Origin: Microcoleus sp.
GTDB lineage: Bacteria > Cyanobacteriota > Cyanobacteriia > Cyanobacteriales > Microcoleaceae
Assembly (NCBI GenBank): GCA_042408215.1
Contig: JAYFMW010000005.1
Span: 416,001-480,000, forward strand
Direction: 5' to 3'
DNA length: 64,000 bases
A program made the translations under genes and the position numbers. The notes under the pieces were generated by a model. The model saw nothing but the letters and a program-made list of their open reading frames with translations, ran no database searches and was not told where the DNA came from. Positions 54,025 to 64,000 of the stretch are shown here, in pieces (within the stretch, counting starts at the first letter, position 1; the number at the start of each line of letters is the position of its first letter).

Positions 54025-55830
54025 TTAGTAAGGAGAAAACAAAATCTCTTTGAAAACATTGGGGTTGTATTTAAGTTTAGCTCTCGTTGCTATTCCGGCG
54101 GTGAGAGCTTGGCAATTAAGGACAAGCACTCCTAATTCTACTGGTGTTTGACCAGTACCAAAGACACAAGAAACTAAAACTCTAGGAACTTTAGATTGTT
54201 TAGGTGGAAGCTCAACTTCTTTTACCGACAATCTAACATCTTTCCATTCACCAGGCGATGGGACTGGGTATTGAGGAAGTGGAAGAATTAAATACCATTT
54301 CTCTTTAGCCCCTTTTACTGTAACATCAACGGTTTTGAGACTCCATCCACCTTTCTGTAGTGGGTGTGAAATTATTTCACACTCCAAAACTTGACCATAT
54401 TCGATCGAACTGCTATTAATAGATGTTATCCCCGCATTAATCCAATTTAAACCATTCTTAACCTTCACATTTAGGGTATCTTCTTTCTCTTTGACTCGCT
54501 TCATTCTTGGGTGAGGACGTTCATACATTGTTGTCACCGAACCGTCTTTTCTTAGGTAAACATATTGTCCGGCCTCTAAAAGTCTATCGAGGATTAATTT
54601 TCCTTTAGTATCAAAGATTTTACTGTCTTTGACAACAGCGTAGACAGTACCATCATTATCAAAAAAGTTGGGTGTTCTAAAATTCAAAGCTATCCAGCCA
54701 GCGCCGTTGACAAAGACTTGTTGATTCTTAGAATCGTTATCGGGAATGGATTTATATCTATCCATGAATTTGTAAGTGCCAAGCAGAAAGACAGACGTTT
54801 TTTGAGTAATGGGGAGACGATCTAGAATGCTGGGAGCTTCATCGTGTTGAAAACCATAGATGCTAAAATCGTACCTTTCTCTTAGTAATTGTCCGGCAAT
54901 AATGTCGGGAAAAAGTAGAAAAGGAAAACTTGCTTTACCTAATGCATGGTTGATGACTGGTCTTTCATTATGAGCAACCCACCAATAAGCCGTAGCCCAA
55001 CTAAAAAGTTTTTGACTAGTTTCTACTTCCGAAAGTTGGCTTTTTTTCAGGCGATATTCTAAATCTTTGCGAACTTCTTTCACCTGTTTCATTAACTTTG
55101 AAATCGCACTGCTTTCATTTTTGCTAGAAACTGCGATCGCCTGTCGTAACCTTTGATAGTATCGAAATTGCACAGGAACTTTATCATTATCAGTCGCAAT
55201 TCCATCTAATAATTCTACCAACAAATCTGAATTGATTTTGCCGTGAGCATCCCCGGTGCTGTACTTGTTATCGTAGTCATCATCGGGACGGTTGTTGGTT
55301 AATTTCAAATCTGGAACTACCAAAATCTTGGCATTATCTAGACAAAATAATGCTTTGGATTCACTCAAACTGATTGACCCGTAGTTGATTCGACCCATGT
55401 TAGCTTTCTCTGGGGGAAAGTAGAACTCTCCAACCGTTCCTTTGGTCTTTTCATTCTTTCGAGTACACACAAAATGCCCATGTTTGCGCGCACCGCCCGC
55501 TATGTCAAGAGAAAAGTTTTCATAGTCGTCTAAAAGTTCTGTATCATCTACTCTTGAATCTGTAGGAATTGCACAAATAGAAAACTCTGTATCAGGGTGC
55601 AATTGAGACAACATGATGTTTTTGTAGACAGTTTCATTTAATCTTGCAGTTTTGCTACCATCGGGTTTTGTTTTGTACATCCACTGTTTTTGTTTGCCGT
55701 TCCACACACCAAACTTACTGGTAGATTTAATGCGAATTAGTCGATCGCCATAGATAGCTGAACCTAAAGCAATGAGGTTATAGGTAAAAACAAAACGTTC
55801 GGGAGGAACAGGTTTTTTAGGGTCTGGCAT
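54025..55830 (-). CDS. RdRP-like (YonO/QDE-1-related) RNA polymerase relic, apparently lacking the catalytic core
   Basis: GDAHGKIN...VPVQFR resembles the DG.G.IS...FQ.R block; AYWWVAH...SFPFLLFPD resembles the C-terminal block; no DxDGD. Confidence 0.5.
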   Translation of the reverse strand: MPDPKKPVPPERFVFTYNLIALGSAIYGDRLIRIKSTSKFGVWNGKQKQWMYKTKPDGSKTARLNETVYKNIMLSQLHPDTEFSICAIPTDSRVDDTELLDDYENFSLDIAGGARKHGHFVCTRKNEKTKGTVGEFYFPPEKANMGRINYGSISLSESKALFCLDNAKILVVPDLKLTNNRPDDDYDNKYSTGDAHGKINSDLLVELLDGIATDNDKVPVQFRYYQRLRQAIAVSSKNESSAISKLMKQVKEVRKDLEYRLKKSQLSEVETSQKLFSWATAYWWVAHNERPVINHALGKASFPFLLFPDIIAGQLLRERYDFSIYGFQHDEAPSILDRLPITQKTSVFLLGTYKFMDRYKSIPDNDSKNQQVFVNGAGWIALNFRTPNFFDNDGTVYAVVKDSKIFDTKGKLILDRLLEAGQYVYLRKDGSVTTMYERPHPRMKRVKEKEDTLNVKVKNGLNWINAGITSINSSSIEYGQVLECEIISHPLQKGGWSLKTVDVTVKGAKEKWYLILPLPQYPVPSPGEWKDVRLSVKEVELPPKQSKVPRVLVSCVFGTGQTPVELGVLVLNCQALTAGIATRAKLKYNPNVFKEILFSPY

Positions 55831-57020
55831 GGTTTATTTCTCCTCTGTTTCTTCTTCTTCAAAGTCGTAAAAGAATATATCAAAACTTTCGTATTCAATA
55901 TCCTCGTCCTTTTCTTTCTCCTCTTTCTCGAAAACTTGAGCAAGTTTATTTTTAGACTAGAAAAAGAGATTGCGTCTTGTGTTCCGGGAGAGTCATCACC
56001 GTTGCTAAAAGCGTAAAGTGAATGGCATTCGTAAACAATAACTTTGTTACGTTCCGGTCCAGCGTTGGCGCGTTCGTTGGAAAATTCCACAGTTCGATCG
56101 GGTGGAAAATATTTAGGTTTGAAACCGGGGGCGATCGTCCCATCTTTTAACCGAGTTTTCTTCTGAACCCATCGGGCATTATGAATCAGAGTTTTCAAAC
56201 CTCTAGCTTTGGCGGCTTTTTCGGCAAAAGTATCAGCTCCTGTTGCGCCACCGGAGACGAGGGTGCAAGATGCGGGGAGAGCGTTGACGAATTGTGCGAT
56301 CGCATCTTCAGCCCATCTGTCTTTGAACTCTCGGCTTCCGACAACAGCAACGTAGGTATTTGGGGGAACGGCTGCGCCATACTTAGCAAAGCGTTGAGGG
56401 TCTTTGAACTCTGGAAGGGGATTAGGAAGTCGAACATTGGGCAAACGGTAATAAGCAACGAGCGCTTTACTCCCGGCAGCTTTGATTAATGCTCCAATAT
56501 CTGGGTCAACTTCATCCCATTGAGCGTGCAGATAATGAAACTTTGCGGGGTCAAAAGGTGCATCAGTTTCTACCCAACCTTCGGGAGCTTCGTTAGGAAG
56601 TTTGCCATGAACGATGACATCTTTGTATCTTTCACGATAGAGATAGCGTTGAACTTGTCCATCAAAACCAACTTGGGGGCCGGCGATTTTACCGCCAACA
56701 CCGCGCACATGAATCACGGGATTTTTGGTAGGTACACCGTTAAGTTTTAGATACCATTCCCGGTGTTTGTTATCAATGATACTTTCAATTTCTAATTCAG
56801 ATGTGGGATTTAAACCTTCAATCCAATTGCGTCCGACCATGCCAACATGAAGTCGATCGTCTGAAGTTAGGGGTTCATCGGGAGTTGAGGGCACTTTGTT
56901 CTCCTTAATCATCCATAGAGCAGCGTTTCTTATTATATCGCCATGACAAGCGAGTGGTTTGCAATGACATACCAATTCCAAATCTTTGCCAGAGGCGAGT
57001 AAGGAGGAATTTGTGGCCAA
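55764..57020 (-). pseudogene. DUF4326-like + SLOG (SMF/DprA/YspA-like) protein, frameshifted at both ends
   Basis: LVCHCKPLACHGD; VAVVGSR...LVSGGATGAD...GPERN...SPGT; acidic natural C-terminus in another frame ends at 55834. Confidence 0.7.
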
Positions 57021-57217
57021 CGTTTGCTAGTTGTGGGATGAATTTTGGTGTATCCTAGTGAGCCAAACCATCCATATTTTCCACAATTCGTCATTCCGCA
57101 CCCAGAGCGATCGACTCTAGCATTGAATGGCGGAGCTGTTTCGACAATCGATTCTATTTCTTTCAGAACTGCCTCTTTTTGAGGCGCAGCATATCCTCTA
57201 ACTCTTGTAATTGCCAT
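56933..57217 (-). pseudogene. N-terminal fragment of an AlkB-like dioxygenase
   Basis: MTNCGKYGW...GY...HPTTSKRWPQIP matches the AlkB lid region; no HxD motif follows. Confidence 0.6.
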
Positions 57218-57226
57218 GAGTTTTTC

Positions 57227-57655
57227 CTAGATTGGTTTCCCTGCTCCCATGTGAATATTGAGCGAGTGCTTGTTCTTAAACTCTTCCAGAAATTTTATAG
57301 CATCTGGGATACTCATAATAACAGGAACATCAGTTGATAAATTATATCCTCCTGCTACTTGGAGCGGCTCTAGCGAAGGGTCTTTTGCTATATCTTCTGG
57401 CTTATTAACTTTAAGTCCCACACCGTAGATTCCCGAATAAGCTACGGTCGCTAAAGCCAATAAATCTTTCTTCATTTTAGCAAATTCGATCGTAGCGTCA
57501 TCAGCATTTTGAATGCTTGCATAAGCAAAGCCCGGATATTTTTCATGTTCAGCCAACAGGTAGAAATGCTCGAACAGAACCTTTTGTTTCTTGTTCATGG
57601 CTAATATAATAATAATCGACACAACTAATATTGGGACAGCCGCCAACAAAAACAT
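57227..57655 (-). CDS. Hypothetical protein
   Basis: 142-aa ORF co-oriented with the decayed operon. Confidence 0.55.
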   Translation of the reverse strand: MFLLAAVPILVVSIIIILAMNKKQKVLFEHFYLLAEHEKYPGFAYASIQNADDATIEFAKMKKDLLALATVAYSGIYGVGLKVNKPEDIAKDPSLEPLQVAGGYNLSTDVPVIMSIPDAIKFLEEFKNKHSLNIHMGAGKPI

Positions 57656-57678
57656 CCCTCCTGTGGGCTGCTAAACTT

Positions 57679-58413
57679 TTAGCGAACAGCAGGAGCAATT
57701 AGGGTGACGCGGCGGCTGTCTACTAACATTGGCCAAAAACCTCGATCGCTCAGTGTTTTTACCGCAGCAGTAGCAGCGTTTTGATCCGTTGTATAAGCGA
57801 TGAATAAAAACGGACGTTGGCCATAGGAAGCTAAGCCTACTTGCGTGCCTAATACTTGCTTGACTTGGGCTGCTAATTCGGGTTGATTAAAGTAATCTAC
57901 CAACACTGCATAACCAGGGCCGAGGGGTTGGGGATTAAAGGCGAAACTGTCATTTGGAGGAGCGGCGGCTGGTTGAGGATAGGTGGCTGGTTGAGGATCG
58001 TAGACTGGCAAATTTTGGGGTAGGCCGGCCAAGGGCGATCGCACTACGTAAGCCGTCAATCCGACAATATCTTGGATGTATTTAACCCAATCGCTGGCGA
58101 TTTCCGAGTTGCGAAAGCCACCAACTCGCGTTACGGTGTCGTTGATATATCGGCAAACTGTATTGTTAGTATTTCCGGGAAAAGAGCGTTTTGCTCTTTC
58201 TTGCTGTTCCGGGGTTTTCGTGACAATTAACAGTAGATATTCGTCGGACTTTGGCGGTTCGCAGAGCCTTTGAGCATTGACAGAATTCGGTAAAATTGTC
58301 AAGCCCAAAACAGCGATCAAACTAGCAGAAAATAGAGGCTGATAGAGTATATATTTGTACAATATACTCCTCAGTCTTGTTAATTGTTTTGTTGATTTTT
58401 GGGCGAGGTTCAT
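57679..58413 (-). CDS. Putative exported cyanobacterial protein
   Basis: Signal peptide-like segment, Pro-rich linker; overlaps the ycf54 stop. Confidence 0.7.
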   Translation of the reverse strand: MNLAQKSTKQLTRLRSILYKYILYQPLFSASLIAVLGLTILPNSVNAQRLCEPPKSDEYLLLIVTKTPEQQERAKRSFPGNTNNTVCRYINDTVTRVGGFRNSEIASDWVKYIQDIVGLTAYVVRSPLAGLPQNLPVYDPQPATYPQPAAAPPNDSFAFNPQPLGPGYAVLVDYFNQPELAAQVKQVLGTQVGLASYGQRPFLFIAYTTDQNAATAAVKTLSDRGFWPMLVDSRRVTLIAPAVR

Positions 58414-58739
58414 GCTATCTGTAGAGATGCGAGGGCATCGGGGATAGTTTCTGAGGGTGCTTGAAATTCACCAGTGAGTACATATTCTAATCGCAGTTTC
58501 AACCAGGTGATGAATTTAGGATCGGTGGAAATAATGGCGGCTGAGGGCTGAGGGCATTTTGCCTTGATCGACGCCATTGTTGGTGCTTCGATGAAGGCTG
58601 GCTGTTTGACTAACCAGAAGTCTATTTGTTTTTCTTGTTCTTTGTAGTTGCGAATTCTTTCTTTCAACACTTCAATATCCAGGGCTTCTTCTTCTAGCAA
58701 AAAGCGTTGGCTGGCCAAAACGTAGTAGTATGTAGACAT
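58410..58739 (-). CDS. ycf54: MgPME oxidative cyclase accessory protein Ycf54
   Basis: YYYVLASQRFLLEEE...EVLKER...DFWLVKQPAF...FITWLKLRL. Confidence 0.93.
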   Translation of the reverse strand: MSTYYYVLASQRFLLEEEALDIEVLKERIRNYKEQEKQIDFWLVKQPAFIEAPTMASIKAKCPQPSAAIISTDPKFITWLKLRLEYVLTGEFQAPSETIPDALASLQIA

Positions 58740-59250
58740 TTTTGTTACTGGTTAGGGGTTATTGGTTAGCGGTTAATGTCGCCTCTACTAGCCAGTTTTG
58801 CTGGCGCAGGGGCGGATTTGCGACCGTTGCGGGTTGGCGCGAGCGATCGCACCCACCAACCCGAACTCTGGACTCTTGTGCCATTTACTTTACCTTATTT
58901 GCTGTCATTTTGGGTAGGTGCAGAACTAGACAAAGGATAAATGTTACAAAATTTACTGAGTCTGGTATAATGGCGATTTCAATTGCAGGTCGAATAATTA
59001 CCAGTTACCAAGGTATAGGCGGAGTCAGGAGTCAGGAGTAGGATGCTTAACTATTCAGGGTGGAAGCAATCATTAATACAGCGGTTTCCGCTGTTATGAG
59101 GTACACCAACTTATCGATCAACCCTCGTAGGGACACGGCTCTTGGAGTGTCCCTACCATACTTCATAAGTGTGGAATCTGCTGTATCATGTCCGCCTGGG
59201 CTTCTGCTATAACATAGCGCTGATTGTGTCGGACTCGGTATGACTTGTCT

Positions 59251-59475
59251 ATGCAAAATTCTCCAAATTCGATCGAGATTTCGATTGCTTGGTGTCTGGC
59301 TTGGGGCTCAGGGTGCGAACCTCTGTTTGATTTAAGTGTGTTGCGCCAAATGCGATCGGCTTTAAATTCTGGCGAGGAAGTACCCCAAGATGTGAGAGAA
59401 ATTGTAGATGGAGTCAGGGAACTACAAGAGCTTCCGTTTCCGCATAGGATAGAAGAGCGATCGACTGACTCCTAA
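59251..59475 (+). pseudogene. Probable N-terminal remnant of a cyanobacterial type III-B Cas10/Cmr2
   Basis: IAWCLAWG...P.FDLSVLRQMRSAL recalls the N-terminus of cyanobacterial Cmr2; truncated after ~74 aa. Confidence 0.5.
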
Positions 59476-59810
59476 AGAAACCAAATCATCAAAGAATTTC
59501 AGATCCTATAAACAGAAGCTAATTTTATTATTGAAACAGCTTTCAGTCTCTCTGAATACTGCCGCGAAAACTTGCAAACCGTTATGAACTATACCAGCTT
59601 TTTGCTGTAGTTAATTAGAGCTTTAAACAGTGTGAATCGCAGCTAAATCAATTGGTAGCTGTTGAATTTTTAGATATTATTAGGACTTACGCATTTCAAC
59701 GTAATCCTGTCATTCTGAGAGAAGCGAAGAATCTTCGAGATGCTTCGCTACACAGCGTTTCTGAATTATATGAGGTACAAAAAAATATCCCCCCTAGCCC
59801 CCCTTAATAA

Positions 59811-60019
59811 GGGGGGAACTGGAAAAGCCCCTCTTATTAAGGGGGGAACCGGAAAAGCCCCTCTTATTAAGGGGGGAACCGGAAAAGCCCCTCTTATTAA
59901 GGGGGGAACCGGAAAAGCCCCTCTTATTAAGGGGGGAACCGGAAAAGCCCCTCTTAATAAGGGGGAACTGGAAAAGCCCCTCTTATTAAGGGGGGAACCG
60001 GAAAAGCCCCTCTTATTAA
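59811..60019. repeat. Seven 30-bp tandem repeats GGGGGGAACCGGAAAAGCCCCTCTTATTAA inside a REP-like palindrome
   Basis: Directly visible; no spacers. Confidence 0.95.
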
Positions 60020-60068
60020 GGGGGTTGGGGGGATCGAACTATTGTACCTCAGCAGACAGAGAAATGCT

Positions 60069-60230
60069 ATAGTATTCATGTTCGGGTAACGGTGTCATAA
60101 TTTCTAAAGTTCCACGATCATAGGCGACTCTAGCAGCACGGGTTTCGCCGAGTTCCAGCAGTAACTTTTCAAATTGTTAACTGATATTATACAAAACAAC
60201 TCGATCGGCGCGAGGCTTAGTTAGTAACAT
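60069..60230 (-). pseudogene. Uma2-family endonuclease 5' remnant
   Basis: MLLTKPRADRVVLYNIS*QFEKLLLELGETRAARVAYDRGTLEIMTPLPEHE. Confidence 0.75.
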
Positions 60231-60469
60231 AAATTTTGCTCAAAACTGTTTGACAGATAATCCTATTATATCGCGATTCTCAAAAAAAAGAATACCCAGA
60301 TACCCGACTTATTCAAGAATTATGGCATCTCAAGTCCGATCGCATTTTACGTTTAATTAGAGCGGCTTACTTAATTATAAAATATCAAATATAAAATCGA
60401 ATTCCTTGACTTTTATCAATTCGAGGCTAAAATAATCTTAAGTTTAACCATAACATTTTCTCCCTGTTC

Positions 60470-61678
60470 ATGAACATCGCTTATTTAGTTAACCAATATC
60501 CCAAAGTCAGTCACAGCTTCATCCGCAGAGAAGTGCTAGCAGTCGAAACTTGCGGCATGAAAGTCGCACGTTTTTCGATCCGATCTTGCGAGTCAGAACT
60601 CGTTGACAGCACGGACAAACTAGAGCAAGAATTGACGAAAGTAATCTTAGGTATGGGAATACAGGGCTTAGGAGCGGGTTTACTCCGCGTTGCTCTCACC
60701 AAACCAGTTAGATTCCTCGAAGCTTTGCGGTTAACATTTAAAGTAGGCTGGTACTCTGAAAGAGGCATCATACTTCATCTAGCTTATTTAGCAGAAGCTT
60801 GCGTTCTTTTAAATTGGTTTTCAGAACAGGGAATAGCGCACGTTCACGCTCACTTCGGCACAAATTCAACCACAGTAGCGATGCTGTGCCGCGTACTCGG
60901 CGGCCCCACTTATAGCTTCACTGTTCACGGCCCTGAAGAATTTGATAAAGCGACACTTCTTTCCTTAGAAGAAAAAATTAAGCGATCGACCTTTGTAGCA
61001 GCCGTTAGTTCCTTCGGTAAAAGTCAGCTTTTTCGGTGGTGCGATCGCTCTTTTTGGTCAAAAATTCACGTAATTCACTGCGGTGTAGACGCTGCATTTT
61101 TAGTTCATCCCCACGTCCCCATCCCCGCAGCACCCCGCTTAGTTTGCATTGGCAGACTCAGCGAACAAAAAGGTCATTTGTTATTGCTAGAAGCAGCTCA
61201 TTTGCTAGCAGTTGAAGGCTTGGATTTTCAGTTGGTATTTGTCGGAGACGGCCCGCTGCGGGCAGATATTGAAAAGCAGATTGCACAGCTCAACCTGCAA
61301 AAACATATTGAAATTACCGGCTGGGCTAGCAGCGATGAAGTTCGACAACAGCTTTTAGCTTCGCGGGCAATGGTATTGCCAAGTTTTGCTGAAGGTTTGC
61401 CGGTAGTAATTATGGAAGCTCTTGCTCTAAATCGACCCGTAATTAGCACCTATGTTGCTGGTATCCCGGAGTTAGTAGAACCTGGTGTTTGCGGTTGGTT
61501 AGTTCCTCCCGGTTCAGTAGAAACATTAGCGATTGCAATGCGTGCGGCATTGGAAGCACCTTTAGAAAAGCTAGAAGAGATGGGGAAAGCGGGAGCCGAA
61601 AGAGTTGCTCAACAACACAATGTCGCCCTAGAAGCTAAAAAATTAGTCGCGCTGTTTGAGAAAGCTGTTGAGACGTGA
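60470..61678 (+). CDS. GT4 glycosyltransferase
   Basis: YPKVSHSFIRRE, HAHF, GRLSEQKG, EGLPVVIMEA. Confidence 0.92.
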   Translation: MNIAYLVNQYPKVSHSFIRREVLAVETCGMKVARFSIRSCESELVDSTDKLEQELTKVILGMGIQGLGAGLLRVALTKPVRFLEALRLTFKVGWYSERGIILHLAYLAEACVLLNWFSEQGIAHVHAHFGTNSTTVAMLCRVLGGPTYSFTVHGPEEFDKATLLSLEEKIKRSTFVAAVSSFGKSQLFRWCDRSFWSKIHVIHCGVDAAFLVHPHVPIPAAPRLVCIGRLSEQKGHLLLLEAAHLLAVEGLDFQLVFVGDGPLRADIEKQIAQLNLQKHIEITGWASSDEVRQQLLASRAMVLPSFAEGLPVVIMEALALNRPVISTYVAGIPELVEPGVCGWLVPPGSVETLAIAMRAALEAPLEKLEEMGKAGAERVAQQHNVALEAKKLVALFEKAVET

Positions 61679-61827
61679 GCAAAAAGCAACGGAGGACACG
61701 GCAATGCCGTTTCCCTACCTCAAGCAACGGAGGACACGGCAGTGCCGTTTCCCTACCCCAAAATAATCACGAGTGCTCGCGAGGAGCTCACCATCGCACG
61801 ATTAATTGTAGGGACACTCCAAGAGCC

Positions 61828-62035
61828 CATAGGTGTCAACAATCGCCTAAAACCCATAATAAATGTCGCTTTTAGGCGAAGTCTAGATCCCCCTAAATCC
61901 CCCTTAAGAAGGGGAGTAGGGGTTGACTTTGATCGGAATCTTGTCCCCCCCTTCTTAAGGGGGGTTAGGGGGGATCTGGGACTAATAGTCAAACAGCAGT
62001 CTGTGACTGGGTTAGAAGTTAAGTTGACACCAATG
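61828..62035. mobile_element. MITE copy 3, inserted in a REP-like palindrome
   Basis: CATAGGTGTCAAC...GTTGACACCAATG ends; homologous interior. Confidence 0.8.
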
Positions 62036-62081
62036 GGCAATGCCGTGTCCTGACTGTGGATAATATTAATTCCAATGCTTT

Positions 62082-62990
62082 TTAAGGAATAGCAACCGAT
62101 CGCAATAATCGATCGACAATCGTCTTAGCCCTCCTTCCCCCCGCCGGAATCAAACGGTGAGAAAGTACGTGTGGTGCCAAATATTTCAGATCATCAGGAG
62201 TCGCATAATCCCGGCCATCCATAAACGCCAACGCCTGGGAAGCACGGTACAAAGCCACCGCACCCCGGGGACTCACCCCCAGAGTAATCTCTTCATCCTT
62301 CCTGGTCGATCGCACCAAATCCACAATATACTGTTTCAAAGACGCTTCTACCTTCACAGCCCCGCACAAACGGCGCAACTCCTGCACTTCTTCCAAAGAA
62401 ATACAAGGCTGCAAATCCTCCACCGCAAAACTATCAGAAAGCCGTTCCAACATTTGCAACTCTTCCAACTCCGCAGGATAGCCCAAAGTCAAAGATAAAG
62501 TAAACCGATCCATCTGCGCTTCTGGTAGCGGAAAAGTACCTTGATATTCGATCGGATTTTGAGTAGCAATCACAAAAAAAGGTGCCGGAACATTCCGAGA
62601 CACCCCATCCACAGTCACCTGCTTTTCCTCCATCACCTCCAGCAAAGCTGACTGAGTTCGAGGCGTCGCCCGATTAATTTCATCGGCCAGCAAAACATTA
62701 GCAAAAACTGGCCCTGGCAAAAACTCAAACTTCCCGCTGCTAGGATTCCAAATATTAGTACCGGTGATATCTGTTGGTAACAAATCGGGAGTGCACTGAA
62801 TCCGCTGAAACTTACCATCGATCGATCGCGCCAAAGACTTAGCCAACAGCGTTTTGCCCACACCAGGCACATCCTCTAACAGTGCGTGTCCCCCCGAAAG
62901 CACCGCTACAATCACCAAGCGAATCGCATCCGCTTTACCGACAATAGTCTTGCCTAGATTTTGCTTGAGCCGCTCAATATGTTCTCTCAT
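62082..62990 (-). CDS. MoxR-family AAA+ ATPase
   Basis: EDVPGVGKT, RIQCTPDLLP, DEINRA, ATQNP, GVSPRG. Confidence 0.95.
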   Translation of the reverse strand: MREHIERLKQNLGKTIVGKADAIRLVIVAVLSGGHALLEDVPGVGKTLLAKSLARSIDGKFQRIQCTPDLLPTDITGTNIWNPSSGKFEFLPGPVFANVLLADEINRATPRTQSALLEVMEEKQVTVDGVSRNVPAPFFVIATQNPIEYQGTFPLPEAQMDRFTLSLTLGYPAELEELQMLERLSDSFAVEDLQPCISLEEVQELRRLCGAVKVEASLKQYIVDLVRSTRKDEEITLGVSPRGAVALYRASQALAFMDGRDYATPDDLKYLAPHVLSHRLIPAGGRRAKTIVDRLLRSVAIP

Positions 62991-63282
62991 ATCCCTGATT
63001 GCTAATTGCTAATTGTTCATTAAACAAGGGTGAAACCATGTCCGATCGATTGACCAGAATATACCGGCCAGGGCGGGTTTTTGAGATTGTCAATTATTGG
63101 CGATTATTGTTGGTAAACCCGCCCCTACCCTATGGGGGTAATCGACCGGACATGATATGAAACTATTGCAGGAAATTGTATTTCCATTCTTCCTTCTTCC
63201 TTCTTCCTTACATCCGTTACATCCGTTACATCCGTTACATCCGTTACATCCGTGGAGCGAATCCGTTGCCGAACTTCCTTCG

Positions 63283-64000
63283 CTATAACACCCTTCTAGC
63301 AACATCACAGTCTGCCTGAATTTGTGTTTTGAGAGCTTCCAGATCGGCGAACTTTTGTTCGGGTCGTAAAAACTCTACCAAACTCGCACTCAAAGTTTGA
63401 CCATACAAATCCCCAGACCAATCTAACAAATGAATTTCGATAGTGGGTTGCCGACCATCTACCGTCGGGCGACAGCCAACATTCATCACCCCATTTAGAA
63501 TAGATAAATCCGATCCAAAGCCTGAGATTAGAGATTTAGGACTTTCCCACTCATAGGAAGAACTTTGATCTTTGATTTTTCCGGCTTCACTCTTCGATAA
63601 CCTACTCACCAATACTTGCACCGCGTACACGCCAAAACGCGGCAAAAACTTTGGGAGTGGTAACTCGATATTAGCGGTAGGAAATCCGATCGTCCTTCCC
63701 AGTCGCTGTCCTCCAACCACTGTCCCAACTAAACTGTAAGGACGCCCCAGCAACAGATTCGCTCTTTTGAGGTCGCCCGACGCTAGACTTTCGCGGATGA
63801 CAGAACTGCTGATCCGTTCGCCTTCACCGCAGGTGTGGAGCCCTATGAGAGTAACATCAATGCCGTAGCTAGAGGCGATCGACTGCAAATCAAGGGCCGT
63901 TCCAGCCCTTCCCCGTCCAAAACGAAAATCCATCCCCACACTAATTCGACTCGCTTGTAGTTGTCGCACCAAAATTTGCTCGACAAACTCAGAAGCCGTC
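63283..64000 (-). CDS. ribF: Bifunctional riboflavin kinase/FAD synthetase (5' end off window)
   Basis: GMDFRFG, ISSS.IR, GRTIGFPTAN, GVY, EIHLLD, LRPEQKF. Confidence 0.95.
   Translation of the reverse strand, partial: TASEFVEQILVRQLQASRISVGMDFRFGRGRAGTALDLQSIASSYGIDVTLIGLHTCGEGERISSSVIRESLASGDLKRANLLLGRPYSLVGTVVGGQRLGRTIGFPTANIELPLPKFLPRFGVYAVQVLVSRLSKSEAGKIKDQSSSYEWESPKSLISGFGSDLSILNGVMNVGCRPTVDGRQPTIEIHLLDWSGDLYGQTLSASLVEFLRPEQKFADLEALKTQIQADCDVARRVL

Noticed and set aside
54640..54670. FDNDGT as the polymerase catalytic motif
   Set aside because: It is not DxDGD and lies after the apparent C-terminal helical block.
59811..60019. CRISPR array near the cas10-like stub, and the 110-aa ORF 59740-60072
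   Set aside because: Head-to-tail units without spacers; the ORF is only a translation of the repeat.

Overview
Cyanobacterial DNA, probably a filamentous Oscillatoriales-like genome (dense HIP1 GCGATCGC octamers, heptamer STRR repeats, REP-like palindromes). Bases 1-39000 form a dark-anaerobic/fermentation cluster: hypC/F/B/A/E, hoxW, hoxEFUYH split into three pieces with complementary gene remnants, pfkA, an IS-disrupted pyruvate kinase, nifJ (PFOR), a DHOD-like gene, pflBA, adhE and an adh. It is riddled with OMEGA-type elements: three full-length TnpB ORFs, one intact IscB, and orphan omega-RNA/HEARO scaffolds. The most striking observation is that the IscB element has an end homologous to the left end of the IS607 (serine-recombinase) element in pyk, and both abut the same CC|GATCGCC near-HIP1 target. 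The right part holds hybrid histidine kinases with a solute-binding protein, a Ser/Thr kinase-TPR gene, a decayed phage/plasmid-like operon (AlkB fragment, DUF4326/SLOG, RdRP-like RNA polymerase relic), ycf54, cas10/cmr2 and Uma2 remnants, a GT4 glycosyltransferase, moxR and partial ribF. All assignments come from reading motifs by eye; no searches were run.
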